In this document: positions 24,453 through 38,829 of the stretch, in pieces
Position numbering within the stretch: position 1 is the stretch's first letter
Layout: each line of letters opens with the position of its first letter
Assembly (NCBI RefSeq): GCF_001194135.2
Contig: NC_068993.1
Coordinates: forward strand, 26,096,022 to 26,160,021
DNA: 64,000 bases
Direction of reading: 5' to 3'
Source: Octopus bimaculoides
Taxonomy: Eukaryota
Position numbers and translations under genes: made by a program
Notes under the pieces: model-generated
Seen by the model: the letters and a program-made list of their open reading frames with translations, nothing else
Told to the model about the DNA's origin: nothing
Databases searched by the model: none

Positions 24453-24469
24453 ATAATATAATGCAGTTA

Positions 24470-24563
24470 TTAATATGAAGGGTTGAAATTAATGCATGCA
24501 AGATTTCACAGCTCTAGCATCACTTCTTTGTAGTCAGCCTATGAACTTTTCAACCCATCCTTG
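24470..24563 (-). mobile_element. Mariner left-end fragment
   Basis: Reverse complement ggatgggttgaaaagttcataggctgactacaaagaagtgatgctagagctgtgaaatcttgcatgc matches the left end of the mariner at 46597. Confidence 0.8.
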
Positions 24564-25558
24564 AAAAACTGAATCATTGTATCCAATTCAGCCACACTGG
24601 CAATTACGTCTGTTAATTCTCTTCCTTGCATTCCTCTAGACCTCAAAGAGTACAACAAATAGTTTTTAGTGACAGAATGCATAGAAGACACAATTGGATA
24701 AAGAAGTGCTAAATGATTCAAATGAAAGGAACCTTCAGAAGACGAAGAGCAAGGAAGACACAGAAGGAAGGGATGAAGGTTGGTCTGAGGGTATTGAAAC
24801 TCACAAAGGAAATGACAAATGTCCACAAGTTACAAGATGTTCTGTTGGAGAAACCCTATCTCTAACCTGTGCAAACTTAAAAAGATAACAAAAACTATAC
24901 TGATGATGATGAAATTGAGTGAAACGAAGCCAAAACATCACTGAATGGAAGAATGATTGATTAAAAAGCTACATTTACTCTCAGAGGCAATGAAAATGAA
25001 AATAAAAAGGCTTTAAATTAATTTCTGTAATAAGTTACTGAACTGTAGTGAATGAATGAGATGAAGAGAGACCACACCAGAAGAATTAACTGAAGGTGCT
25101 TCAACATAGTCATGCAACCAGCTAGAAATAGCAGCCAAATCTTCCTCACATCACACACTCCAACAGTCTAAAAAAAATTGAAAGGACACATTAGATAGTA
25201 TAGTGTTAGATATACCTAAAGACAGGATGGTCAAAGCTGCAATGTTTTTGATGCATAGATCAACTCAATGAGGATGGATTTGGGGCTAAACAACAGAGAG
25301 ATCAGTTGTAATATATCAGCTTGGGAATTAGCAAGTAGATCAACTGAAAATACAATAATAAGGGGTGTTAGAAGGCACAGGAATTGAGTACAGTTGTTGA
25401 AGTGTTGGGAAAAACTGGGACAAATTGGTTAGAACATTAGTCAGCTAATCAAGTAATGAAGTTGTTGTCCTGGTTACAAATGAATTGCCACCCCACCATC
25501 AATTGATACAAGTGTAAAAGTGATGCACATGAGTGGGTGTGGGGAGTAATAAACTTAC

Positions 25559-25658
25559 CAGTCGCAGAATGAGTGGAATGAAAATAATAAGAGAATTTAT
25601 TAGGTATCCTTTCAGTTTCCAATTGTCACAAAAGTTAACATCATTTATCACTTCACTC
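25559..25658 (-). CDS. Candidate internal exon 3 ((R)SEVINDVNFCDNWKLKGYLINSLIIFIPLILRL)
   Basis: tgtctattctatag|GAGTGAAG...CGACTG|gtaagt. 100 nt with consensus donor and acceptor; only the phase 2 to 0 frame is open. Confidence 0.55.
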
Positions 25659-25886
25659 CTATAGAATAGACAGTGGAATAAGCTACAACCAATTTTCAAC
25701 TCAACATTACTACTTACACTTGATATTACACTCAGTGCATGGTTCAAATATCACACTAAAATAACAAACATATTCCACAATGGTCAGCGCCACATCAAAT
25801 GGCACTGTGTTAAAAGATCATGGTTCTTAATCACATTTCCCCATCCAATCCACCTGCCTGACAACTAGCTGTGATATGCAAGTTAA

Positions 25887-26109
25887 CCCTTTAGCATTTG
25901 AATTGGCAATATCCAGCCCAAAATTTTCAACCTGTTCTATGTTCAAACTGACCAGATCTGGCCTCTCACACCTACCTAACAATGTCAATCAAAACATAAA
26001 TATTCACATCATTGAAATTTCAAAGCTACAAGATAATGCATGATTAATTCATGTCAATGTGAATGAATATGTATTACATTTGACAAGAGTAATCTGAATG
26101 CTGTAAGGG
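25887..26109 (+). mobile_element. piggyBac-derived MITE (~220 bp)
   Basis: TTAA+CCCTTTAG at the left end and degenerate ctgtaaggg at the right end. Both subterminal regions resemble the ends of the 1110-2897 piggyBac. Confidence 0.85.
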
Positions 26110-27029
26110 CTACACTATGTCATGACCTTCAATTTTATAGGCTTAACATCAGACAGATAAATTTAGTAAAATGTGAAGCAAGAGAACACTCACTTCTTGG
26201 TTTTGCATAGATATTTTCTTTACTAAAACACAACCACTACCATCTTCATCCTTTCAAAACTGCCATTACCACCATAATCACACCATGATACTACTGCAGG
26301 TTTCAAATATTCAAGAATGAGAGTGGTGTTCTCAGTTTCATCATGGACCAACAAAATTCTTCTTTAATAACTACATAACTTTATGCTTATCGTATTTACA
26401 GCCAGGGAGAAGAAATTTCAGAAAGCAATAAGATCGCAATGATGATAATGATGATTATTTTATTACATACGCATAAAACATTGGGTTTATAGAACAGAAG
26501 AAGTTAAAAGTTATAACATTTGTTCCTTTGGCAGGAATATTATTATTGCAGGGATTTATTTTCAAATACACCACTGACACCATCATATGACAACATCCAA
26601 CATATAAACAATAACAATAAATGCTTATAATCCAATCCCCACCAAGTAAAACTAAATAGAATAGAAAGAGATGAAGTAATGACTCAGTGCTGACTCAGAA
26701 ACATAGGGCTCAGATCTGACAATAAAAGGTTCCAAATCACTGCACAACAAAAATAACAAAGCAGAATATAAAATATATCTGTAGAATATGTGAAGAGAAT
26801 CTGTAATTTAATTTCTAACAGTCCAGTTGGAGCTAAAACTGAATACATAAACAGATATGACAGAGTTGCTTGCTTTCTGCTCAGATAATTGAATAAGCAT
26901 TATAGAATTCTAACACAAGAGAGGTAGCGTAAACAGTCAACAAAATCACCATACTCTGAAAATTAAAGGCAATCAGACCACACTATTTTCAAGATTAGAT
27001 AATATTAATATCAAAATCATCTCATTTTG

Positions 27030-29440
27030 ATATTCATCATCATTTTCACATCAGTTTTTCTATGTTTGCATGGGTTGGGTGAATTTTTTCCAGCATAGCA
27101 TCTTGCAACTTGTCATCTCCTTCATGAAGTTCAGCATCCCAAGAGCAGCCATTCTTCTTCTGTCTTCTTTTCAGTAGGTTTCTTCTACATGAGTTGTTTG
27201 GCATTTCTTTAACTAAAATATCGTCTTCCATACAAATGTCCATTACAGTCTTCTACTTACAAACTACATCTGATTCCTCTTATGTCCAATTTTTGTGACA
27301 GCTCAGTTGAGCCCCGTCAGTCATGCACACAAGCATTACATATCCAGCAGTACAAGCACACTTCATTTCTTTCACACATCCTTTGGATTCAATGCTCAAG
27401 TTCTTCTACAATGTAAATGTTACACACTTTGTACATAAACATTATACAATCTGCCAAGAGACTGTACAATGTGCAATCATTTATTAAGAGAGAAAATACC
27501 TTTGTTACTGTTGTCATTATCATTGTTTTAACATCCACTTTTCCATACTTGCACAGGCCGGACTGCTTACAGAAGTAACATTGCCCTGAATGTTTCCCAC
27601 CCCATCGAAAACACAGTATGTTTGCAGAACACCTACCCCTACTTTAATTTGCACACTTGAGTAAGAGGTACTGTCAAATGTTTTATGGAATCTTCTGGGC
27701 TTTTGAAGGAATTCATGTAAGAGTACAGTCACCTCTAACTACCAATCAGTATCTACTACAAACAAGGTTTTCCACTATCGGCTGACCTGTGATCCCACTG
27801 CAGCTCTTGTACACTCGTAATTTATGACAGGTCCATCACATGAAACTTTTACTTATTCTTTCTGAATATCGAGCATGGCTACTTGTCAGATAATAGAGTC
27901 CTGCCTTTTATGCTTTTCACTAAAACTTTTGTCTTTGCAAGCTACAAAACTTCTTGCTTCCTCATTTGGACTTTCTAATTCTTTACCAGATTCTACTATG
28001 ACAACAATGTCATCAGCATACAGAAGATCTTAAATTTCTCTGTTATAGCTAGAAGAACTATGACAAAGAGGGCGAAACTGAGAACAGAACTCCAATAAAT
28101 GCCTAACTCCATACTAAATTCCTTGCTGATCTTATTGTTAATTCCCACATTGCTGACAGCACCTCTGTATATGGCTTGCTGCACCTAGTTTTGCGAAAAA
28201 CTTCTAGAACACAGTACCCTGTCAAAGGCCTTCTCCACTTAGATAAAAAAAAAAAAAAGTACAGTGGATTGTTCTTAACTAAAACCTTTTTGTTATTGTC
28301 TCATTGAGACAATACAAACCCAAATCATGTCATCTACACTGATTCAATTCCTATGTAGTTGTGTCATAATTCTGTTATTTTCATAACTTGGTCCACCAGT
28401 TTGATGCTTCTGTAGTTGCTTCTGTCTAAAACACCTCTTTTAACCTTGTAGCAGTTGATGACGATATTGCTATGACAGTCATTAAGTATGATGGCTCTCT
28501 GTATTGTCTGATTATTTATACTAGTAACTAATGAATGTCCTATTCCTAAGGTATTTTCAGAATCTCAGCAATTATCCCTGGTGGTCCAACTGCTTTATCC
28601 TTGATAGTACTTTCAATCATAAAGCTATTGACTTCAACAGCTGGTCCCCCTGTTGAGTGTATTCAAGGTAGACCTCTTTCTCATGCTTTCTCCATGCTCA
28701 ACAACTTCTTGTAGTAACATCTCTACTTAGTGCCAGTGACAGCAGCAAGTGCGCTATCATTCTATGCATAGTTTTCAACATTTTGATAAGAAGTGAAAAC
28801 CTCATGCCACTGAAACACTCATTGCAGAATATTAGCAAATTTCTTAATTTCAGATTCTTTTTTGCTATAATCAACTTTACAACTAGCTTTTTTTCAAGCT
28901 ACCTGGTACTGATTTTTCACCCCACCCTTCTTCCAATCCTTACAAACCTGTCTCTTAGCTGTAACTATTGTCCCATTCCATACCCATCTCATCTTCCTTC
29001 CAGCTGGAACCATCCCCAGATGTGGTCTATGTTCTGCAGCCAATTATCTTGCATAAATCCCTAGTTGTCCTCTAATGTGATAAGTCTCCATCTCCTCTCC
29101 GCACCCTATACATATCAACTAGAATTTCTTCCAACCTACATTTTAACTGAGGGTGCTTTCAATTCCATACCTTACTCCTCCAGGCTGTTTTGTGTCTCTG
29201 AGGTTGTCTAACTTTTATCCTAGATTCCTGATGTTGCGTAGTACAATCTTCAGAAGAGGACTAAGTATTCACAACCGATTGACTATGCTCTTTAATGGGT
29301 CAGTATGAAGTCTATCTGGCTGGATGTTCATTTCATTGTTAGCTGATTAGACAGCTGGTAGATTTCCTCCAGTCAGCATTGCAAATGACCTCATCATTTG
29401 CATCACAGAAAGCCAAGAGCTTTTTCCATCCATTCTTTAT
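27030..29440 (-). mobile_element. Old, heavily decayed RTE LINE copy or copies (APE C-terminus to RT to tail)
   Basis: Minus-strand remnants of LLAFCDAN and SQI.Y.L.R (endonuclease), ggagaaggcctttgacagggtac (EKAFDRV), a YADD region and tail-like catcatcattt ends. Confidence 0.75.
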
Positions 29441-31404
29441 ACTAATATCAAACAACATCACACATAACCTTTAATTCTGGTCTGAGAATATCCAGCCACA
29501 AAACAGTAAATCTTAAAACATGTATGTTGAAATTTGCAAACTAGTTCAACAGATTATATCAATACTATTTGTTGTTTATCCCCAAGTTGCCCCTAATCCA
29601 GCAGACATTCCAGCAGTGACTATCTGATTTCTGAGAGTTTACCTCAGATTGTGTAACCTAAAGTCTTTTACCCTTCTTTCATTCCATTAGGAAAATTTGC
29701 TTACTATTTCTAGCAAGCCATGTGATCTTGTAGAGATTCCTTCTTTGGCTCATTTTATTTTACTTTATCCAACTTGAGTACCTTTGATTTAGATTCCAAT
29801 GCATAACTTTTTAACTTCATTCAAAATACTATAGTTTATGAAAGTGTGCATTAGCCTTGGACTTTACAATATGTTTAGGGTACGCCCGTGCAAGTCAGAT
29901 GGCTCCCGTCACTTACTGGCAATCAATCAAGTACTGGAATTGTTGCCTACTTTTGCTTTAACTAATTTAACTGAGGTATTTAAGGATAAATACACATTGA
30001 ATGTTGTAGGACTCAAACTCAAAATTTTTCAATCAATAGACCAACATTTTTATTATTCATCTACATAGCAAATAAATGGAAAGTGTAGTTCTGTTTGAGA
30101 ATATGTTGAAGAGTGTAGGATGGGTGCAAATACAAATATGGTTGTAAAGGTGATTTTTTTATACAACTATACTGAGATATATAGTTGGCTGTAAGGAAGG
30201 TTAAGGTGCTGAATTAGTGAACATAAAACTATGAGTTCAAAACTTACTACAGCCACTGACTGTGTGTTAGGTATGGCAAACAGAAATCTATTTTACTTCC
30301 TTTTCAAGATGACAAAAAGTATTGGTACCAAGCTGAATATGAGTATTTCATACGGGTTATACATTCACTTTAAAATATATAACTATCAGAAAAGACAGAT
30401 GTTCAACAGATAGAATAAAAAATATCTGCATACAATGTCCATAGGAATTCACCAAGAACAAAATGAAATCCAAAAACAAAAAGGGAAGGGAATGATTAAA
30501 TTCTTCAATAAGAATGGGGAGTCTCCATAGGTCTATCACTACAAATATACATCTTACATACACAGTATGTAAACAAATAAATACAAATGTAACACAAAGA
30601 CAAATCCTATATCAGTTCACTGATGTGTATGAGGAGTGGAGTGTCAAATCCTTTGCTGCAAATTTCAATGAATATATTTAATTTTTAAAAAAAAACAATT
30701 CTTATCATACAAGAGGTAACATGGAGAAATAAATGTAGTGAATTAAAAAGACAAATAAAATCTTATGTGCTCTTGAAAAATGCACACATGTATATGTAAA
30801 AATTGCAATGTTCATCATACAGTAAGTTAAAGAGTTCAAATTCTAAACTGATAAATGCAATGGTATAAAATAAAATTTTTGGACATATTTGTAATGAGGA
30901 TAAAAAGACAATTAAATCAAGTACTTTGAACCTCTTAAAGATGGGATTTAATTGATAAAATAACCAACAGTAAAGATACTGCAATCAATACAGTCAATTG
31001 GATGTCTAACCTTAATATTATCATCATCATCATCATCATCACTATAATTTTTATTTGATTTTTTTTTATCTATCTTTTTTGAGTTACATTTATCAAAATG
31101 TTCTTTTGGCCCTAAAATACTGCAAAAGCAAATTTTCCTTCTATCTCTAAAATACTATGACATGTCACAGATCTCCTTTATTTAGTATATAATGCTAAAA
31201 TATTACAAGACATTGTATAATTTCTAAAGATCATCCCTTTATCTTTCTATGACACTGACACCTAAACCATGAAGCGACACTAAAACTAGTGCTTAGTTAT
31301 GGTCTTAGGTTCTAAGTGAACAACAAAGAAATCTTTCTCTGGATGGGAAACTAGTCTTACATGATACTTATTACTGAGAATGAGTGAATTGAAATGTTGT
31401 ACAA

Positions 31405-31632
31405 TCTTTATTGCCAACAGAGGGCTAAACATAAAGGAGACAAACAAGGACAGTCAAAGGTATTAAGTCAATTACATCGACACCAGTGTGTAACTGGTAC
31501 TTATTTAATCAACCCTGAAAGGATGAAAAGCAAAGTCGACCTTGGCAGAATTTGAGCTCAGAATGTAATGGCAGACAAAATACTGCTAAGTATTTCACCT
31601 GGCGTGCTAATGATTCTGCCAGATTGCCACCC
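31405..31632 (-). mobile_element. SINE family B, full-length
   Basis: tttattgccaacagagggctaaacata ... aaaggatgaaaagcaaagtcgaccttggc ... gattctgccagattgccacc. Confidence 0.88.
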
Positions 31633-32049
31633 TATACAATGTTGGTCTATCACAGATAGCATTTTCAAAGGACATTGTATATACCATGACAGCTAAGTGT
31701 ACTGTTTAATGCAAAATAAAGTGTTCTGTTGAAACACAACAAAACAGCTGACGAGAATTCAAACCAATAAGCATGTAATCCAAACTTTTATTCAGTCGGC
31801 CATATTTATCTTTGTACACTCTAATCTAATGTAGGTCATACTTTTATCTTTGTAATGCAGGTTATTCTCTTATCACTAGGTACTGTGATGAGGTGCAGAG
31901 TATACTATCTCAAGTATGCAACAGAAAATTATCCAGCATCATTTTCAAACAGTGAAGTCTCAAATTCATTGTCTGATGACAATAACACCTTTGGTTTCAG
32001 TTTATACATTCACCACACACATAACAGACTGACATCCCATACACATAGA

Positions 32050-32740
32050 TACACACAACAATAAGTTAATCCTCATCATCAGAACATTTGGCATACTAGA
32101 GTGGACACTTGAAGAAATTTGCACCTTGGTGGTCAGGACTAGGAAGACACTAACAATTAATTGTATCTTCCTCATCAACAGGAACACTAACAGGATCTAT
32201 GTTAAACAGAGGGATGGAGGAAAGGGCATAAGATCAGTTCAGACAGCTTTCAAGTGTCACACCATGTCACTTATACGACACCTACTGAACAGTAAGAAAT
32301 GAAATGAGTACATCACATCTATATTCAACAGTGCAAGTAATAACATCATGAGATTAGATGGAGAACTCCTGAACATACAACTCCTGAGCATACAGTTGAT
32401 CTTTGTGAACTAAAGGGAAGTGAATTGACCTACATAAATGGAGACATGGAGAGAAATTACTCATCATACCAGGAGAAAGTTATGCATGGGTAAGTACATA
32501 TCCCACATGCTAGAGAATACCAACAACATTGACAAAAATAGTAGCATCCTTTGGATCTACGATAAACGCATCCCATCTCACCCAGAAGATTATGCCTTAG
32601 CTATCCAGAGACAGGAAATAACTAGAAAATACCAGCAGCTGTCCAAAGATGTCTGCACAAACCTGCCTTTTCTGTGAGACATGACATTGTTGCTAAAACC
32701 ACATACAATGTTATCCGCAAATAGGATGGTCCTGACAGCC
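32050..32740 (+). mobile_element. R4/Dong-like RLE non-LTR retrotransposon remnant (post-RT region)
   Basis: RTFGILEWTLEEICTLVVRTRKTLT...NRIYVKQRDGGKGIRSV matches the GI..WT..EL..LDRKTRK..T / RLY.PR..GGRGL motif. Downstream YALAIQRQEITRKY and RHD.VAK follow, with large deletions. Confidence 0.75.
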
Positions 32741-33521
32741 ATAAGAAAGGCAAACCAAGCAGAATATAGTCATACCTTTAAAACTAAAGAATACTAATAG
32801 AACATTTCAATAAAAAAAAACAGTAAACCAGTATAAGTACAATAGTCTAAATATTGTTGAATGAGAAAGGGACCAAAAATCATACACTGTTATAAAGATC
32901 AGCTGTCCTGCAGATATGAATGTCTTGTCAAAAATTAGAGAAAAGAAGAACATCTAAGAGAGTTAATGAGAGACCTACAGCCCATATGCAGATTATAGAT
33001 TTTTCCTTGTACCTAATAAGTGTAGAAGAAGTGTAGCAATAGATTTGCATAACAACTAAGAAATGCTGGGATTCTCCAAAGAAAAGAAAGAAAGGAACAG
33101 AGTAAACTGATTCACAGACTTCAAATTAATTGACTCGAAGTAAAAACATTCCAGAGATTCTCCATTTGAGGTTCCTGGGCTAAAAGCATGCACACAATGA
33201 CATGCATACAGGCACATACACAGACAAGCATTAATGAAGCACTCACTCTTGAGTATAAAGTGAAAAGTACACCCATTTCATGAGTGCAAGCTGACTCACA
33301 CACACACACACACACACACCACCCAATTCAGGAAACTACAAACCCCAAGAGTTTTCTTGGCTGTGTGATTAAAAAGTTTGCTTAAGAAGTTTGTGTCAAG
33401 TCCAATGCCACTACATGACACCTTGGATAAGTGTCTTCTACTTATACCACCTGACAGACCAAAACGTTAAGCACATTTGGTACAAGGAAAGTGAAAGAAG
33501 CTTGTGGTCTATGCATGTGTA

Positions 33522-33586
<65 letters not shown>

Positions 33587-35183
33587 TTATATATATACAC
33601 ATTTATATATATACACATTTATATATATTTATATTTATATTTCTGTGTGTGTGTGTGTGTGTGCATGTGCGCACGTGCATGCATACACATACATGTGCAT
33701 GTGTGCGGGGGGGTCCCTTACCTTGACATCATGCAATAATTGTAAGCAAACACTACCAGCATACAAGTTGTGTCATTCATTTATGAAAACATGTCCAGCC
33801 AAGGGAAAATATTACCTTGCTCGGAATCGGGTGAGAGTTGCCAATGGGAAGGGCATCCAGTCATAGAAAAGTTGTCTCTCCAAATTCCATACAACCCACG
33901 CAAATGTGGAAAAGTGTACATTAAAACAACGACTACAATTATGAGACTTGCCACTTTATTAATGGCAGACTTGAATTCTACAAAGGAAATAAAAACCATA
34001 GAAAAATATACATGCATGTATATATGCATACACTGATACACACACAAACACACACACACACATAAGATGTGCTTCCACACTGTACATCTAACAAATTTCT
34101 ACCATTATCCACTCCAGGTAGATATTTACTGAGTCTTTTTTCCCCCTTTTTAGGGGATAAAGAAATGCCTTCCACTCTCCAAACCTCAATGATGCAATTG
34201 AAGTGAAATAGCAACAATCAGGAATCTCATACTACTTCACACACTCAGCTTATTAAGAGCTTAACTTCTACCCTACAGCACTAGAGCACACCCACATACT
34301 GAGAAAATAATGTATTACACATATGCATCATAGAATCGATCATTTGAGTGCAGATGGAGGATCCTTTAAATATATAATTTGTGTGGTGTGTTAATCAATG
34401 GAGAATGGCTTGGTCAATAATCAATTGTGGTTTATTTCTGACACAGCATAAAACATCAACAGTAAAATGTTGAAATGTTCAGCTATCTAAAACTGTTAAA
34501 ATACTCATGAAAGTAAGTCCCTAAATAGTTTCATAGCTATCTGATGACTAAACTACTTTGTCTAGTGTTGAAATTCATTGCAGTTTTTCACCAAAAATTA
34601 AAGTGTAAGAGACAAGGAAAAATTCATAAGCCACAGAAAATAAATGATAACTAACAACTAAAAATGGAAGCTAAACTGTAAAAAAACCTGAGAGCTGTGA
34701 GACAAACAGGAGAGAGAGAGGAGAGAAAGAAACACTACATACAATGAACTATGTGTAGTATTTTAGTGTAACATATTTGGACAAAGGAGGAAGCAATGAA
34801 TTAGCAAAAATTGATGAAGCACTAGGTTACCATTTAGTTTTGTCCCTATTGGTTTTAAGTTCAATTAACTTTTCCTTTCATCCATCTGCAAGTCATACCA
34901 GTAATATTTGAGAGTACATTCAATTAACTATACTCTTTTTATTATAAAAATTGGTTTTGTATCTAATCAAGATCAATCAATATTTATGGATTGAAATAAT
35001 TTAAACTCAAATAACAAGACCAATAATAGAAACAATGATGCAGAGAGCTGAGTTCAAATCCTACCTTGAGATGATTTTACATTACATTTCTGTCAATTCA
35101 ATAAATTCAATACTTGTAATATACTGAGGTGGAAACACTGCCTATCCTTTAAAATATATGCCTTTGCAATTCAGAAAACATAC

Positions 35184-35220
35184 CGTCTGTTTTGCATGAT
35201 CTGACATAGGCCAAACAGAT
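35184..35220 (-). CDS. Candidate internal exon 2 ((Y)LFGLCQIMQNR(R))
   Basis: gctttattgtag|ATCTGTTT...AACAGACG|gtatgt. 37 nt; phase 1 to 2 links exon 1 to exon 3 in frame. All three frames are open, so the frame choice rests on its neighbours. Confidence 0.42.
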
Positions 35221-35490
35221 CTACAATAAAGCATCTCCCAGACAAATCTGATCCTGTGTTATCTCATCTATGGTTGCTAACATTCTAAGAAAGTGGATAT
35301 GGCAAGAAAGAATGAATATGTGAAGAATATTGAACACTGAATGTCTGGAAGGAAAAAGCTATTTAGTTATAGAATAGAACTGACTATTGTATATGGGAGA
35401 TAAAATAGAGGGAAGTTGATGACAGGAAGTGATGCTGCAGACCTGTCAAACCCAAATGGCAGATGAAAACATAAATCTGACCACAATAGA

Positions 35491-35543
<53 letters not shown>

Positions 35544-37469
35544 TAACACCACACACAGACACACACACATTTTTGGGTATTTCTTTAATTTAATAAGATA
35601 TCAGAAAACATTATCCACAGCTGAATTTAGCCCATGCTTGCATCGAATGTGACAAATAAAATAATATTTATATCAACAGGACCAATATCTTTCATTTTCT
35701 TTCACATGCAAACACACACACACATACCATCACAACATCATATATATACTCAGACATTATATAGAGACATCACACAACTACAAATACAACATTCTTTTGA
35801 AATAATTTTTATCCCGTAATTTGTATATTTTGTAATAATCATCATCATACAAAGTATATTTACAATGATAATAGTAATTTCAAAGGTATTATATTATTTT
35901 ACAAATAAAATTTATATCATTTAATATATAGCTATAAATCTTTAATTAGTATTCCTGACTATATACTCACAGATGTGTTATAAAATTTATAAATCAAGGT
36001 GGGTGTCAAGAGATTCATGAAATTTACTACACTATTCCTGTTGTTGATGTTGTTGTTGCCACTGAGTGAGAAAAGGAAGAGAGTAGGTTAAAATATTTGG
36101 AAAATAAAAACCCAGTGTGGAAAGAGTGATTGTAGTGTGTTGTGTGCATGTGATTCACTCAATAATGCAGAGTTGTTAAATGTTTGGAAACATACCAACA
36201 AAACACCATGTCAGGGAATACAAACACACACACACACACACTCACTCTTTCTCTCTCACACACACTAACACACACAAACAAAATTTGTGTCCCGTAACCA
36301 CTTTACTAGGCATAGACAAACAGACATACAAATACATACACAGTAACACAACACGGTAGTGTATACATAGAATAATTCTCTCTCTCTCTGACACACTACC
36401 ACAACCTTAAGTGTAATACATACAATAAATAAAAGCAGTGTTAAAATTAGCTGCATAACAGCTTAGCAGTGTTACAGCTAACAATAAGAAGCCTAAAAGT
36501 TTTAGCAGAAAGGAGAGGGTGGTGAGCTGTGACATTTATGCCCGTTCCAAAAACATGTCAATGTAATTGCAGTTGGGATACTTGTAACCGAGAAATGAAC
36601 TTGATGCTATGAATTTATTTCACATCTGCAACATTGTTAACCACAGCAGAGGATAAATATTGATCTTTTTGAAGAACTGTAAGTTAATTAAAATGATAAT
36701 GATGTGTTACTGGTACTTCGTTCATCAGTTATTGAAAGAGTCACTCCTGGTGATATTTGAACTTGGAATATAGTGACAGAGAGAAAGAATACTGTAGGTT
36801 ATTCAATCCATCTTTCTATTGTTTCAGCCAGACATGCGGCACAATATTGTAAGAGAATGAAGAGGACTTGGCTTCATGCTCTTGCTTGATGGGGCTGGGG
36901 TCATTCCAAGTTAGTGGCCCCAAAGGTGTTATCATGTGTAGAGCTGACCAGGTCCACCTGAGCTCTCCATTGCTGGCGGTCCCAGTGGTGCAAATTACAG
37001 ATACTCAAAGTAACCTAACAAAATTATTTTACTTCAGAAAAACGTGGTATCAAACAATGTCCAATTCTGTCGCAGTCAACTCTGCCAATCTAAGAAAAGC
37101 ATAATCAATTGAATTGATCCCAATGGGACTCAAAGATATAGGAGACCAAAAGGCTATTGTGGACTGGCACCGTTTACTATTGCTATAATTACTGAAGCTG
37201 CCACAGAGCTATTTGAAACCAGAACAATGAGGTAACAAATTAAACAGTGCACTTCTCTCATGACTGTATCCACTATCCAAATAAAAATGACTTCTTACTC
37301 AGACCATAAACATTAAGTATTGAATCAATTCTGAGAAAAGTCAAAATTAACTCCAAAAGAGATGAAAAGACAAAGTTGCCCCTTCTAAGATTTCAGTTAA
37401 CAATGTAATGAAACTAGTAACAGCATTCAATTATTTTTAATAACTCTCACCCTCACTAGCCATATAATA

Positions 37470-38130
37470 ATTGCTTCTAACATAAGTCAAAAGCCTGAAA
37501 TTGTAGGGGAAGAAGGGTGAAGGTAGATATTCATCAATTAATTCTACCTCAGTTTGGTACAATATTTTATCAACCCTAGAAGGATGAAAGGTAAGTTGAC
37601 CTTGGTGGGATATAAACACAGAACATAAATAGTCAGAACATTCACTGCAACTGCAAAACACTAATAAATCTGCCAATTTTACCACCATGCTGTAGTAGTA
37701 ATAATAATAATAATAATAATAATAAACCTTTCTACTATAGACACAAGGCCTGAAATTTTGAAGGAGGGGGCTAGTCAATTACATTGATCCCAATGCCTGA
37801 CTGGTACTTATTTCAATGATCCCAAGAGAATGAAAGGCAAAGTAAACTTTGGTGGCATTTGAACCCAGAACATAAAAACGGAGTGCTGATAATTCTGCTG
37901 GCTTTCTAACAAGATAATGATGTAGGCACCAATGCCTGAAATTCTTGGGGAGGGAGCTAGTCAATTACATTGATCCCAGGCTCAACTGGTACTTATTTCA
38001 TCAACCCCAAAAGGATGAAAGGCAAAGCTGATCTCAGTGAAATTTGAACTCAGAACGTAAAGACAAAATGTTGCTAAGTGTTTTGTCTAGTGTGCTAATG
38101 ATTCTACCAACCAGCCACCTTAATAATAAT

Positions 38131-38163
<33 letters not shown>

Positions 38164-38781
38164 AATAATAATAATAGTGGTTTCCAATTTGGTACAGGGC
38201 TAGTACTTTTTGAGGGGAGGGGGAAGTCGATTACATCAACCCCCAGTACTTGACCAGTACTTATTTTATTGACCCTCAAAGGATGAAAGGCAGTTGACCT
38301 CAGCACAATTTGAATGCAAGAACTTAGAGACACACAAAATGTGACCAAGCATTTTGTCCAGTGCTCTAATGATTCTGCCAACTCACCACCTTTTAATAAC
38401 AACAAGAATTCTTTACAATCTACTATTATTGTCTTTTTCAACAAATCTATGATTACTGCTGCATCAACTTTTAGGGGACAATAACAATGACAATAATGAT
38501 GATAATGATAATGATAATAATTATAATAATGACAACAATGATAATGATTTCAAATTTTAGCACAGGTTCAGGGGAGGGATCAGTCAATTAAATTGACTGA
38601 CCACCCCACCCCCAAACCTGTGGCAAAATTTGAAACCATTATCATTATTATAATTTTATCAACCCCGAAAGGATGGAAGGCAAAGTCGAACTCAGTAGAA
38701 TTTGAACACAGAGCATAAAGATGAACAAAATGTTGCTAAGCATTTTGCCCAGCGTGTTAACGATTCTGCCAGCTTGCCACC

Positions 38782-38829
<48 letters not shown>

